DNA from: a virus | Length of the DNA: 46,896 nt | Virus record (IMG/VR): IMGVR_UViG_3300050505_000211 | Strand: one strand, 5' to 3' | In this document: positions 8,228-17,823 of the stretch, piece after piece | Position numbering within the stretch: the stretch's first letter is position 1 | How the letters are laid out: every line of letters begins with the position of its first letter | Translations under genes and position numbers: made by a program | Notes under the pieces: generated by a model | Database searches by the model: none | The model's input: only the letters and a program-made list of their open reading frames with translations | What the model was told of the DNA's origin: nothing

Positions 8228-10383
8228 TCCCCCGGCTGTACGTTCCTCATAAAATTTTGCACTTGCCTCGCTGTGGCTGCGGCCTGAGATGTTCCCGGCG
8301 TGCCTCGTAGAATGGCTTTAAAGAGGCTACGCCCGCGAGCTGTCTCAAGCAAAGCCCCTACTCCCTTGGCGCTGAGTGCAATGACAGCACCTGTGAGAGT
8401 AGTGGCTGGATTCATTCGCAACGAGCCCGAAACAAACACGCCCGAGCCAATGCTCTCAAGCCTACTTGCTATCCGTCCTGACGAGCCCGCTACTTCTTTA
8501 ATCTGCTTCTCCAGCTGCTGCGCCAATAACTTCTGTGCAGCTGTGGCGCTGGTGATCTTCTCTCCGATAGCCTTCTCTTCAGCTTTCACCCCACTCTTCA
8601 CTCCAGCAATAGCCGTGTCCGCATTACCCTTGAACCCTTTTGTAAGCTGTGCAGCAACATCTTCCAAGCTCTGCCTCTTGGCTCCTTGCATCTGCCTCAC
8701 CACACTCTTCATCTCGTCGTAGCCATCGCCAAACACTGTACGCAGCACCTTGTCGTTTGTGCCAGCTCTGTCGCTGTAGCGTTCCCACCATTTCGTAAAC
8801 TTGCTCGGGTCGAAAGCTCCGTCTGTGAAAGCTTCTTCAATGCCCTTATTCGTGAAGGCCTTGGTGATTGCCTCTCGCTGCGCAGGCTCTTTCACCAGCT
8901 CGAAAGCACGTTGCACCTTCTCCACACTGTTCTTATCTGTAGCCGGACGCACGATGCTGTCCACAACACTCTGTGGAGCACCTTCTGCGATAGCCCGCGT
9001 CACGCTCTTCCTGCCGAAGAAAGGCACAAACTCTGTGCGATACAAATCATTCACGCCTTGCAGATTGTCCAATACGCTCTGCGGAATAGTGCTTTGCACA
9101 CCATCAATAAGGGTGTTGAACTGGCGAGTGAGGTTGTCGTTCTTTGCAAGCTGAGCAGCTCGCTGTCCTTGCTTCAAACGCTGCAGCTCTTTCACCATAT
9201 CGTTCACAGTGGGCTCCGCAGGTATTTCTCCAGCTGCCATGAACTCATGCATGGCGTCTTCAAGCATCTTCTTTGAATTAGGATCTGCAGCACGCTGAAT
9301 GTCTCGCTTAAAGGTGGCCATTTGGTCGGCAGCTTCCTCACCCACGTCTAAGATGCCTTTTGCTTTGTTGGCCACAGCCTCGGCTTGCGTGGGAAGAGGA
9401 CGTGTCACGCCTTTCTCTCCCAACACAGCGTTGATGCTTTCTTGATATGCCGTGGGGTCCACCTTCACATCCTTCGTGCCCTGCAAAGCATCTTCATACA
9501 AAGTGTTGAAGCGTTGTTTCTCGGAAGCCAGCTCGCCCTTATACGTGCCTTTGAAGCTGGTGCCTACGTCTTCCCCGAGGGGAGCGTTCTTAGCGAAGCG
9601 TTCGCGGAGCTGAGCTGCAGAAGGAATAGCATCTCTCTCGGCCTGCGCGATGCTCTCCACGCTCTCCTTAGCCGACTTGAGGTTGCCCCTTATGTTGCCA
9701 ATTTGCTCTGCCGCTGTCGGAGCCACAGCGGCCTTCTCAGCATTGAGAGCAGCAACCTCGGCTTCGCTCTTTGCTGCGCTAGAAGCCAGATCGCCTTTCA
9801 GAGCTGTCTCTTTCATCCGATTCGACATGAGAGATTTGGAAGTGAGATTTATCTTGCCAAAAGTTTGGGCTGCGCGGATAGGAGCAAGTACATCTAACGC
9901 CGATTGCACGCCCGCTGCTCCAACGTCAGCTCCTGTCTCCAGGCCGAGATTAGTGAGGAGCTTGTGTGTGATTTGTCCTGCTTCGCTGGCTATATCAGTG
10001 AGGGGAGCAAGGGGAGAGGCGGCAGCTCGTGTAATACCTAGGGCAACATCTCGCACAGGAGTAAGCACCTTCTCAGGCGTGCTCATCTCTGGCGTAATGT
10101 TTGCTCCAGTAACGCCAGAGAAAATATCCTTCACACCTCCAGCTGCCTCACTTAGTATGCCCTTAAGTGAGTTTAGAACTGCTTCACCAGGATTATTGGC
10201 CGTGAGGATGTTACCGCCAAGACGTTCCCTTGCCACATTCTCAGAAGGGGCATTGAGGTCTTGGGCAGCGAACACCTTCTCGAGCCCGGCCACGTCGCCA
10301 GGACGCACGGCTGTCTTCGTCTCTTCCAGAGGCTGGAAGTCGATGCCGCTTTTGCTTTCTAGTGGCTGAAAATCGATAGCCAT
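8224..10383 (-). CDS. large Ala-rich virion protein, putative internal/ejection protein
   Basis: 719 aa, helical and Ala/Lys-rich. N-terminal duplicated IDFQPLE motif. Sits at the distal end of the structural operon, like T7 gp14-16. Confidence 0.6.
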   Translation of the reverse strand: MAIDFQPLESKSGIDFQPLEETKTAVRPGDVAGLEKVFAAQDLNAPSENVARERLGGNILTANNPGEAVLNSLKGILSEAAGGVKDIFSGVTGANITPEMSTPEKVLTPVRDVALGITRAAASPLAPLTDIASEAGQITHKLLTNLGLETGADVGAAGVQSALDVLAPIRAAQTFGKINLTSKSLMSNRMKETALKGDLASSAAKSEAEVAALNAEKAAVAPTAAEQIGNIRGNLKSAKESVESIAQAERDAIPSAAQLRERFAKNAPLGEDVGTSFKGTYKGELASEKQRFNTLYEDALQGTKDVKVDPTAYQESINAVLGEKGVTRPLPTQAEAVANKAKGILDVGEEAADQMATFKRDIQRAADPNSKKMLEDAMHEFMAAGEIPAEPTVNDMVKELQRLKQGQRAAQLAKNDNLTRQFNTLIDGVQSTIPQSVLDNLQGVNDLYRTEFVPFFGRKSVTRAIAEGAPQSVVDSIVRPATDKNSVEKVQRAFELVKEPAQREAITKAFTNKGIEEAFTDGAFDPSKFTKWWERYSDRAGTNDKVLRTVFGDGYDEMKSVVRQMQGAKRQSLEDVAAQLTKGFKGNADTAIAGVKSGVKAEEKAIGEKITSATAAQKLLAQQLEKQIKEVAGSSGRIASRLESIGSGVFVSGSLRMNPATTLTGAVIALSAKGVGALLETARGRSLFKAILRGTPGTSQAAATARQVQNFMRNVQPGE

Positions 10384-11826
10384 TTACTTCCTCTTGTAGC
10401 CTTGCTTCTCTGCCTCTGCCAGCTGCGATGCCGGTATGTGCCCTACCCTGCCGTCAGGCCCTATCACTTCCACGCGACCTGTGGGGATGCTAGAGGCGGC
10501 AGCTGCTTTCTGCTTATAGCGCGTGAAGCCGCTGGTGTCTTTCTTCGCTTGATTTAGAGCATCGATGAAAGTGTCATGCCTAGTTTGTAGATTCTCTTTG
10601 GCAGCTCCAAGCTGAGACAGATACTGATCCTTGCCGACAAGAGGATTGCCGACAGCATCTATCACTTTCTGTGCATCAAAGTTGCTGAAGCGGCTATCTT
10701 CCGACACACGCCGCAAGTTCATGCCGAACACGTTGAATTGGGAAATGAAGTCGCGTTCGTCTTGGGTGAGCTTGCTCCATAAAGGTAAAGCTTCCACTGC
10801 CACGTTGCCCTTTGAGGACGCAGCCAAAGCAAGCTTCACGTTATCTGATATTTTTCCTGTCTTGTACGCTTCGGTTTTCTTGTAAGCGTCCTCTATCTTC
10901 TGCAGCTGGTCTGCCGAGGTGCGGATGCTGGCTGCTGTGGTGGTGCTTTTTACATCAGGCGTGGCTTGCTTGATGCGGCTGTCATGCAGACGCTCAAGAG
11001 CCAGCTGCTGCTGCGCATTTATGCTTCCGTCAGCCGAGGCTTTTGCCATCTTCTCTTCAAAGCTGCTCGTGCCCGCAGACTTTAACAGATCATTAGGAAG
11101 CTCACTGTTCTTTCCTCCAGCCTTCTCCCCTGCCGCCTTACCCGCAGCTGCATTGAAATTCTTTGCGAATGTGGTTTCACCTATGCCGAGGCCTTCGAGG
11201 ATGTTCTTGACAATGTCCTTCGAGCTGCCGAGCTTGGCTTCATAGTCTTTGCTCTTCTGCTGGTAGACAGCCATGTCCTTTGCGGCCTGTGCGGGGTCTG
11301 TACTGACATAAGGATTCATGGTAGGAGCTTCGCCTTGAAGCAGCTTGATGAAGCGTGAGGCACTTTCTGCCTTTGCTGCTTCTTGTCCGGCCTTCTGCAC
11401 AGCGGCCACAGCAGCCGGGTCGTTAGGATTGTAGCTGCCGGGGCCGTGTGGATTCGGGAGTAGCGTGCTAGTGATAGGAGCACCGGAAGCATGAGGAGAT
11501 CCAAGGCTACCGGCGATCTGATCAGCGGTGTCAAGCACACTCTTCAAGTTGCTATTCACCGGCACTGGAGCCGGATTCGATTTCGTTTGGTTTACAGGGA
11601 GTGGCATTGGCTTACCGTTCACGTCGAATAACGTGCCGGGGCCAAGCTGCAGCTCTGCAGCAAGATCATTGTTCACCGGCTGGCCGAACAGCTGTGTGCC
11701 GCCGATCGCCGCGCTGCCGCCTCCCATAATCAGCTGAGAGAGAGCCCTAGCGTCGTCATAGCCAGGACCGCCGCCAAGATCCGTATTCCCTTTGTTGAGC
11801 ATATTGAGAATGTCTTGTTCGAGCAT
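10384..11826 (-). CDS. putative internal virion protein
   Basis: ATG at 11826 lies 1 nt after the upstream stop. 480 aa, Gly/Pro-rich N-terminus then Ala/Lys-rich helical region. The long-ORF start at 11994 is rejected because of overlap. Confidence 0.6.
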   Translation of the reverse strand: MLEQDILNMLNKGNTDLGGGPGYDDARALSQLIMGGGSAAIGGTQLFGQPVNNDLAAELQLGPGTLFDVNGKPMPLPVNQTKSNPAPVPVNSNLKSVLDTADQIAGSLGSPHASGAPITSTLLPNPHGPGSYNPNDPAAVAAVQKAGQEAAKAESASRFIKLLQGEAPTMNPYVSTDPAQAAKDMAVYQQKSKDYEAKLGSSKDIVKNILEGLGIGETTFAKNFNAAAGKAAGEKAGGKNSELPNDLLKSAGTSSFEEKMAKASADGSINAQQQLALERLHDSRIKQATPDVKSTTTAASIRTSADQLQKIEDAYKKTEAYKTGKISDNVKLALAASSKGNVAVEALPLWSKLTQDERDFISQFNVFGMNLRRVSEDSRFSNFDAQKVIDAVGNPLVGKDQYLSQLGAAKENLQTRHDTFIDALNQAKKDTSGFTRYKQKAAAASSIPTGRVEVIGPDGRVGHIPASQLAEAEKQGYKRK

Positions 11827-11827
11827 C

Positions 11828-12496
11828 TTAGTAGCCACTCCATTGTCCTGGCGTCCATCCGGCAGGTGCAGGAGGTGGGGTAGGAGGGGTGAGCCAAGGT
11901 GAATAGTATTGACTTCCGCTTCCGCCGCCATTGGCGAGGTTCGTGTCTGCGCCAACACGATTCGTTGTGGTGCTGGTGGGATTGCCGAAGGCATTGAGGA
12001 TGCCGGACAGGGAGCCCATGTTCGCTTGGGGCACCTTCACGCCAGCATCTATACCTTGCTGCACGTTCTGATTGATTTGATTCAAGAGGGGCACATAGTT
12101 CGAAGCAAGCACTTGGTTGCGTCTGTTGCCCTGATTCTCCAGCAGCCTGCTTGTCTCGTAAGCCGAGGCTCCGCTTTGCAGGGCTCCGTTCTTGCGAAAG
12201 ATATCCCGCAAGCTGTTCTGCTCCTGCTTGAACCCCGGCTCCAACGACTGAATGAGAGGATTGGCCACTTGCTGAAAAGCCTGCCCCGCTACATTCGCTG
12301 TCTCACCAGGATTTTGAATCAGACCTTTGATGCCCTCTAGCACGTAGTCGGGGATAGCCCCTTGGTTACTGCCGTATAAGCGCGTGATCTGATTCGCAAG
12401 AAACTGGCGAAGAGGATCATACGTGTTGTTGGTGGTTTGTTCTACGGCGCTGGTGCCGACAGTGCCACTGCCGTTTAGGTTAGCGGTAATCGCCAT
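11828..12496 (-). CDS. virion protein (Gln/Asn-rich; Pro-rich C-terminus)
   Basis: 222-aa ORF tightly packed between neighbours in the structural operon. Confidence 0.65.
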   Translation of the reverse strand: MAITANLNGSGTVGTSAVEQTTNNTYDPLRQFLANQITRLYGSNQGAIPDYVLEGIKGLIQNPGETANVAGQAFQQVANPLIQSLEPGFKQEQNSLRDIFRKNGALQSGASAYETSRLLENQGNRRNQVLASNYVPLLNQINQNVQQGIDAGVKVPQANMGSLSGILNAFGNPTSTTTNRVGADTNLANGGGSGSQYYSPWLTPPTPPPAPAGWTPGQWSGY

Positions 12497-12498
12497 CG

Positions 12499-12702
12499 TT
12501 AACTCCTTAAGTCTTTTATATCTGAAACCCTGCCCGCAGGCTTTGCTCTTTCATTGTCTTTCGGGTCTTTCGGAATCTGTGCCTTCAGTTTTGCATTCTC
12601 TTCCCTTAGCGTTTCAATCACTGAATCCTTTAAAGCACACTGCACTGTAAGGGCACCGATTTGACTTGAAAGTTTTGAAAGCACACTCTCTGTAATGTCC
12701 AT
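12499..12702 (-). CDS. small coiled-coil protein
   Basis: ATG at 12702, 2 nt after the fibre-gene stop. Heptad-like VIETLREENAKLKAQI. Confidence 0.55.
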   Translation of the reverse strand: MDITESVLSKLSSQIGALTVQCALKDSVIETLREENAKLKAQIPKDPKDNERAKPAGRVSDIKDLRS

Positions 12703-12704
12703 TT

Positions 12705-14183
12705 TTATTCTCCAACGTAAACCATCCAAAATCGAGTGATATGCGCACCACCAGCAGTGCTTGTGGCCCATGTTCCACTAGCTCCAGAGGTGTAACCAAA
12801 GAGTTCAACATAATCACCGGCTGTTAGACTAATCAACGAACTGGTTGAGGTTCCAGGGTCTGTTGGATCAGTCGACACAATGGGGAAATCCATATAGCCA
12901 TAGATGTTGCCGCCAAACGTACCAGCTTGGTTAACATTTATAGCCATTGCAACCTTGGTGATCGTAACTACACCAGAAACATCTCGATATATACTTCCGC
13001 CTACGAGGTATTTTCCGGTCAAGCCAGCAACAAGACGTGATGTGTTTGAAACAGTGCTATGGATTGAGTCTGTGTCAAACTCCTCAGCATTAAAGGTAAT
13101 TGCGGTCCAAGTATTTACTGCGATCCCTGTTTGTGCCGAGGACTGGTAAACTGCTGCTTCACTGTTTAGATAACGAAAGCGATTCTGCCCCGACATGCGG
13201 GCACGAATACTGGAGCCAAGAAGAAAGTCTGTGCCGTCGAAGGCTAGGTCCGCGCTTTCTCCCCACGCATTGCTTCCGGTAGCATATAGAATGCGATTTG
13301 CTGTGGCCGCGTTCGGGAGGGTGGGCGTGCTTAACACTATGTTTGTGCCATCGCCCCTCAGAAACTTGCCAGCGCCTGCCAGGCTGTTCACGCGAAAACC
13401 AGTAAGGGCATCCAAGATGGTGTTCACTGTCACCAGCCCCGCTGTGCTGATGGAGATGTCATTTGTTGCCGCGCCACGGCGAATGACAAACTCTTCCACG
13501 CCGGAGTTGGTCATCCCTAAAAACCATTTCTCCGCAGAGGCTCGATCGATGCGGTAGCCGCTGAACGTGCTTGCTGCCGAATCAACGATATAGGAAAGCT
13601 GTCCAGCTCCCGCGCCTAGCGTGGCGCTTCCGCCTTCCACCACTTTCCACAGCAGCGTGCCCCCGTTAGAGGCGCTGTCTTTATAGATGCCAAATTCACG
13701 ATTGGTTTGATCATTGTTTGAATCGATGTTAAAGCGCATCGACTCAGGCGTGTTAACTACGCCGTTTGTTTGTCCAGCTGCGCCAAGAGTGATTAGGATT
13801 TGGCTGTTGACCGTATTCTCCGATATGGTCACCATGCTGTTGCTGCTTCCTGTCACCTGCAGCACAGTGCCGGTGCCAGCTCCTTGCACCGTCAGCTTTT
13901 TGTTTGTGGCGTCCCAAAGAAAATTAACGTCACTAGTTATGGTGTTGGCAGAATCCCAATAGGTGACGCGACCTGCCGCACCTGTGCCCGTAACAAACGA
14001 CCCTGACACGGGAAGACCAATCTCTGTGCCAGCGTCGTTCTTGTAAAAGAGCTGCGACACGCCAGAGCCGTTATCCTTAGCGTACAGCTTAAGCTTGTCC
14101 GCTTTAGGAGTGGCCGGGGTGCTGATTTCTTTGAATTGAATGGCGTCATCAATGACAACCCACTCAAGGCCGATCTCTTTCAT
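12705..14183 (-). CDS. tail fibre / receptor-binding protein
   Basis: N-terminal KLKLYAKDNGSGVSQLFYKNDAGTEIGL motif common in fibre proteins. Gly/Thr/Ser-rich beta-type sequence. Position in the tail module. Confidence 0.7.
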   Translation of the reverse strand: MKEIGLEWVVIDDAIQFKEISTPATPKADKLKLYAKDNGSGVSQLFYKNDAGTEIGLPVSGSFVTGTGAAGRVTYWDSANTITSDVNFLWDATNKKLTVQGAGTGTVLQVTGSSNSMVTISENTVNSQILITLGAAGQTNGVVNTPESMRFNIDSNNDQTNREFGIYKDSASNGGTLLWKVVEGGSATLGAGAGQLSYIVDSAASTFSGYRIDRASAEKWFLGMTNSGVEEFVIRRGAATNDISISTAGLVTVNTILDALTGFRVNSLAGAGKFLRGDGTNIVLSTPTLPNAATANRILYATGSNAWGESADLAFDGTDFLLGSSIRARMSGQNRFRYLNSEAAVYQSSAQTGIAVNTWTAITFNAEEFDTDSIHSTVSNTSRLVAGLTGKYLVGGSIYRDVSGVVTITKVAMAINVNQAGTFGGNIYGYMDFPIVSTDPTDPGTSTSSLISLTAGDYVELFGYTSGASGTWATSTAGGAHITRFWMVYVGE

Positions 14184-14491
14184 TCCTTCACCGCTAGCAC
14201 TTGCTTTATCGTCTCCAGCACACCAAGCTCACGCACCCTATTCATCACTTGCTTACGCTTCTCACATGCGCTGCAGTGCTTAGGGCGTATAGCTTCTGGA
14301 ATCAACTTGATTGCTGCTTCGACAAACTCTCCAAGGGGCACTTGCCGCACGGACAGCTCTTGAGCTAGCTCTCGTTCTGTTTCGTCCTGCGCGGACCCAA
14401 TCACTTGTTCGCCAGGCTGCATACGATAGGGCACGCCTTCTTGCACTTTCCTTACATCGCCATTTTCGTTTCGAAGTAAAATCCACATCAT
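14180..14491 (-). CDS. hypothetical protein (possible fibre accessory)
   Basis: 103-aa ORF with ATGA-type overlaps on both sides. Confidence 0.6.
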   Translation of the reverse strand: MMWILLRNENGDVRKVQEGVPYRMQPGEQVIGSAQDETERELAQELSVRQVPLGEFVEAAIKLIPEAIRPKHCSACEKRKQVMNRVRELGVLETIKQVLAVKE

Positions 14492-15954
14492 GCCCTCAAT
14501 GTTATTGACACGGAGACACCAGAAGCATCCGTGACAGTGATTACGATACCTGCCGTGCTAAGGCCGCAGGGGCTGCAGCTAGCAGCAATCATAGGAGCTG
14601 TGCGCTTATCGCAGGCCGTGCCTCCAGACACTGGAGCAAGAGCAGCTAAAGCTGCGGCTGCGGAGCCGTAGCAAATCGTGCTGCCAGAACATGCTCCTCC
14701 AGAGGCTATGCAAGAAGAGCAGCCTCCACACGTGCCGTTTATACAGGGGCCGTCTGTGGCTCCGGCATTACAACCTGGGGGGTTGCCTATTAGATCAGCT
14801 TCGTTATTGTCGATAAGCTGGTCGTTACAGCCATAGTTGGACCACACTTGAGCGTTAAAAGGCCCGCAGACAGGTCCACAGTTTGGGCTGCTGTTGAAGC
14901 AGTAGCAAAAGTTCTTGATGGCCGCGTAAGCTGTGCCCAACACGCCGCTTCCGCTGTTTGTTGGAGGCACCACATTCACTACTGGATTGCGATTCAGCCG
15001 ATTAGTGGTGATCGTGTCGTGAGTGGCCCCTCCGGCAGCATCCTCAAACTTCACGGAGCCTGTGTGTGAAAACACATAAGGCCCCACCCCACCACACACT
15101 TTAATCTGCAGACGCTTGCTTGTCTTACAGGACATTGAGCAATCAGTGCTGCAACATTTAAGGGTGAGCTGGTTGTTCTCTCCCGGCACGCACTCGCAAG
15201 CTGTGCCTCCGGCTCCTGCTCCAGAGCCACGTCCGGCCTGCAGCTTATTCTTCGGCAAACCACGCTCGCTGCTCCCGCTGCCGAGGGCTCCTCCCCCATT
15301 TCCCAAATGCATTGTCTTGCCCTTTGTGCCTCCAGAGATGGGAGCCTCGTTGCACTCATCACCAGTGAATCCCCATCCGGCAGGAAAGCCACATATCTGT
15401 CGTGTCTGAGAAGGAGGCACGAAGATAGCAATAATGGGATCTGCATCGCCGCAGTGGTTTATGCTAAAAGTGTTGATGTCTTGATCTGCCACGACAAGGA
15501 AGCTATTGCAGCTGTCTCGGCAATCTATCGTCACCCGGCCAGCATCAGGACACACCACACACACTTCCGGCAATTGCACATCTCCAAGGGCAGCTTCTAC
15601 CCTGTCAGCCATCTCATTTAGCTTAGAGGTCGGATCTTCCATGCCGCTGTCAAAGCGAGGCAAGGCGAAGGTCTTCTGATTGCTGCCGTCCGCGCAAGCC
15701 ATTGTGTATGCCTGCACCACGGAAGAAAACGTGCTGCCGTTGTCATCTGACAGCTTGTAGTAGTAGAGGGTATTGGCAGCAAGCCCTGTGTCCGTGTATG
15801 ACGTGGTGGTGCCGATGAATGACGCAATCTTTGTGTAACTAGAGTTGTCCGTGCTTCTGTAGATGCCAAGAGTGCTGGAGCCAGCATAGGTCCAATAGAT
15901 GATTATGCTGGTCATGCTCTGCGCTTCGCAGCGCACGCTTGTAGGGGCTGCCAT
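14488..15954 (-). CDS. FN3-domain, cysteine-rich tail protein
   Basis: N-terminal fibronectin-III-like segment (IIIYWTY...LYYYKL). About 31 Cys by manual count in 488 aa. Located in the tail module. Confidence 0.7.
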   Translation of the reverse strand: MAAPTSVRCEAQSMTSIIIYWTYAGSSTLGIYRSTDNSSYTKIASFIGTTTSYTDTGLAANTLYYYKLSDDNGSTFSSVVQAYTMACADGSNQKTFALPRFDSGMEDPTSKLNEMADRVEAALGDVQLPEVCVVCPDAGRVTIDCRDSCNSFLVVADQDINTFSINHCGDADPIIAIFVPPSQTRQICGFPAGWGFTGDECNEAPISGGTKGKTMHLGNGGGALGSGSSERGLPKNKLQAGRGSGAGAGGTACECVPGENNQLTLKCCSTDCSMSCKTSKRLQIKVCGGVGPYVFSHTGSVKFEDAAGGATHDTITTNRLNRNPVVNVVPPTNSGSGVLGTAYAAIKNFCYCFNSSPNCGPVCGPFNAQVWSNYGCNDQLIDNNEADLIGNPPGCNAGATDGPCINGTCGGCSSCIASGGACSGSTICYGSAAAALAALAPVSGGTACDKRTAPMIAASCSPCGLSTAGIVITVTDASGVSVSITLRA

Positions 15955-17492
15955 TATGCCTCCGTGGTAGCCGGTGACCTGTTCACGTCTCTCTTGGTTT
16001 CTTCAGGAAGGAAGTGCATCCAGCCCGCGTGCAACGTAGGATTCTCAGTGGTGCTAGGAAAGAACTCGATGCGAAGATTGAACCACTCTCCTTCCATCAT
16101 GGGCACATCGTAACGGATAGCTACAAATTCATCATTCGGCTTTTGAGACTGCAGCTTGTATATCTTACGGAAGCGAAACTCATTCCTGTTGTCCACAGCA
16201 ATGCTTATGCCTACGTGGGCATAGCTGCTCTTCTTAAATAGCAGCGTGGCTCCTGTAAACTTGCTGGCCACCTGCACTTGCCTGCCCTCGTTGCTGTTCG
16301 TATACTGCTGCCAGTCGGTGTCGTAGTAGCGGCTCACAGATGTACTTGCTGAGGCTGATGTTTCGTCGTTCTTTACGCTGTTGCTGTCCAACGTGAAAGG
16401 CTTTGTGGTGGTGTGACCAATGATGCTTTCTGTTGCCGTCTTCGTGTGCTTGATTGTCTCCACAGCAGAGAAGGCGTGAGAAGCATACGTGCTATATGAA
16501 AACTCTCCCGTGCGAAAATTGTATTGGACGCGGCCTGTATTCCCTGAACTGTCCAATGGAAAGAATAAGTTGTATTGTTCCTGGCTCGGCACCACACAGC
16601 TGCGGCAGTTTGCCACGGAAGCTTTGTACAGATTGTTCTGAAGAATGTCGCTTACGTTTGGCGGAAGCGGCAGCACATCATTAGGTGTGGCAATCCAGAG
16701 CTGAAAGTCTGTGGCCAGATAAATGAAGCCCTTCTCGCCAAGTCCCTGACCTGAGAGAGGAGCTATTGTGCCAGGAGCCCCTTTTGCTAGCTCCTGAGAA
16801 AAACGTGTGGGTCCACCTACCCAACGTAAGTACACGATGCCATCTTCTTTCACTATCACAGCTGTGCGGCCAAACTGCCCGCCCACCATGATGGCCCCTG
16901 TTGTCTCGTTGAAATTCAGTTCGTTGCCTTCGCAGAGTGTCCAGTCGTTTTGAGGATCTTCGCTGTACCGGCCTTGTCGAGCACTGAAAGTGATGCCATC
17001 GTCGGAAACATTCAGGAGAATGAGAAAGCCGTAAAAGCTAAGGATGCCCTTGGCCCACGGAGCTGTGCTAATCACGGTGGTGTTGCCACTTCCTGCCCAC
17101 CAACGCGGACGGTCGTGCCCTTCGTTCGTGAAGTACAATACATCTCGATAGCTCGCCCATTGAGGCTTATCGCTGCTGGTGCCCGTAAGCACTGTGCCGG
17201 TGATATCGCTCCAGGCACCGAGGTTTGTGCTCTTCTCCACCTTCGTGCTGCCGATACGGAGGAGCGTGGCCGCTAACGTGCTCGGGTCTACATACACGGC
17301 CATGCCGGTGACATTCTCCGAGAGAGCTGTGCTGAAGGTGCTGTCGAAGTCCACCCCTCCTCTGCTCGTCACCTTCCCTTGCCGCACATATACGTTCTTA
17401 AGTGAACGAGTGTAGCCGGGAATAGAGAGAGGCGAGGATTTGTCTAGCCCCTTGAAGCCTTTGATGGGAAGAGCCTGCTCGTTCGAGAGCAT
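15954..17492 (-). CDS. tail protein (possible nozzle / tubular-B-like beta-propeller)
   Basis: 512-aa beta-rich protein between the adaptor-like gene and fibre genes. TAATG overlap downstream. Confidence 0.5.
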   Translation of the reverse strand: MLSNEQALPIKGFKGLDKSSPLSIPGYTRSLKNVYVRQGKVTSRGGVDFDSTFSTALSENVTGMAVYVDPSTLAATLLRIGSTKVEKSTNLGAWSDITGTVLTGTSSDKPQWASYRDVLYFTNEGHDRPRWWAGSGNTTVISTAPWAKGILSFYGFLILLNVSDDGITFSARQGRYSEDPQNDWTLCEGNELNFNETTGAIMVGGQFGRTAVIVKEDGIVYLRWVGGPTRFSQELAKGAPGTIAPLSGQGLGEKGFIYLATDFQLWIATPNDVLPLPPNVSDILQNNLYKASVANCRSCVVPSQEQYNLFFPLDSSGNTGRVQYNFRTGEFSYSTYASHAFSAVETIKHTKTATESIIGHTTTKPFTLDSNSVKNDETSASASTSVSRYYDTDWQQYTNSNEGRQVQVASKFTGATLLFKKSSYAHVGISIAVDNRNEFRFRKIYKLQSQKPNDEFVAIRYDVPMMEGEWFNLRIEFFPSTTENPTLHAGWMHFLPEETKRDVNRSPATTEA

Positions 17493-17493
17493 G

Positions 17494-17814
17494 TTATCTG
17501 TACACTCCAGCCGCTGTGACGTTCAAAAGTTTCACCATCCTTTGAGGCGTGGTATCCGAAGCGGCCACTGTCACCTGCACAATGTAAGATGCTTCCGTTG
17601 TTCCGGTGTAGAGCGTAACTGTGACGGTCGTGCTGGAGATGCTCTTCGCCTTGAACACTGTGGCTGTAGCATCCGTGCCATCCGCCTTTGTAACAAGCAC
17701 AGATGCAGTCGTAACAGTCGTGTTCTCGGGGATGACACCATCAAAGTTAAAAGCTTCATTGAATTGTTCCCCCGTAAACTTCTCAAGGACGCTTTGATAA
17801 AGTAGATCAGCCAT
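17494..17814 (-). CDS. small Thr-rich beta protein (Ig-like?)
   Basis: 106-aa ORF in the structural operon, with VTVTLYTGTTEASYIVQVTV beta-strand pattern. Confidence 0.6.
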   Translation of the reverse strand: MADLLYQSVLEKFTGEQFNEAFNFDGVIPENTTVTTASVLVTKADGTDATATVFKAKSISSTTVTVTLYTGTTEASYIVQVTVAASDTTPQRMVKLLNVTAAGVYR

Positions 17815-17823
17815 GTTAATGCC

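Noticed and set aside
10384-11994. Full 536-aa version of the ORF, and similar N-terminally extended ORFs (12499-12771, 18718-19155, 33019-33585, 807-1871, 1769-2578).
   Set aside because: The extensions overlap the preceding gene extensively. Internal ATGs sit exactly at stop/start junctions (TAATG, ATGA or 1-2 nt gaps), matching the coupling pattern used throughout the genome.
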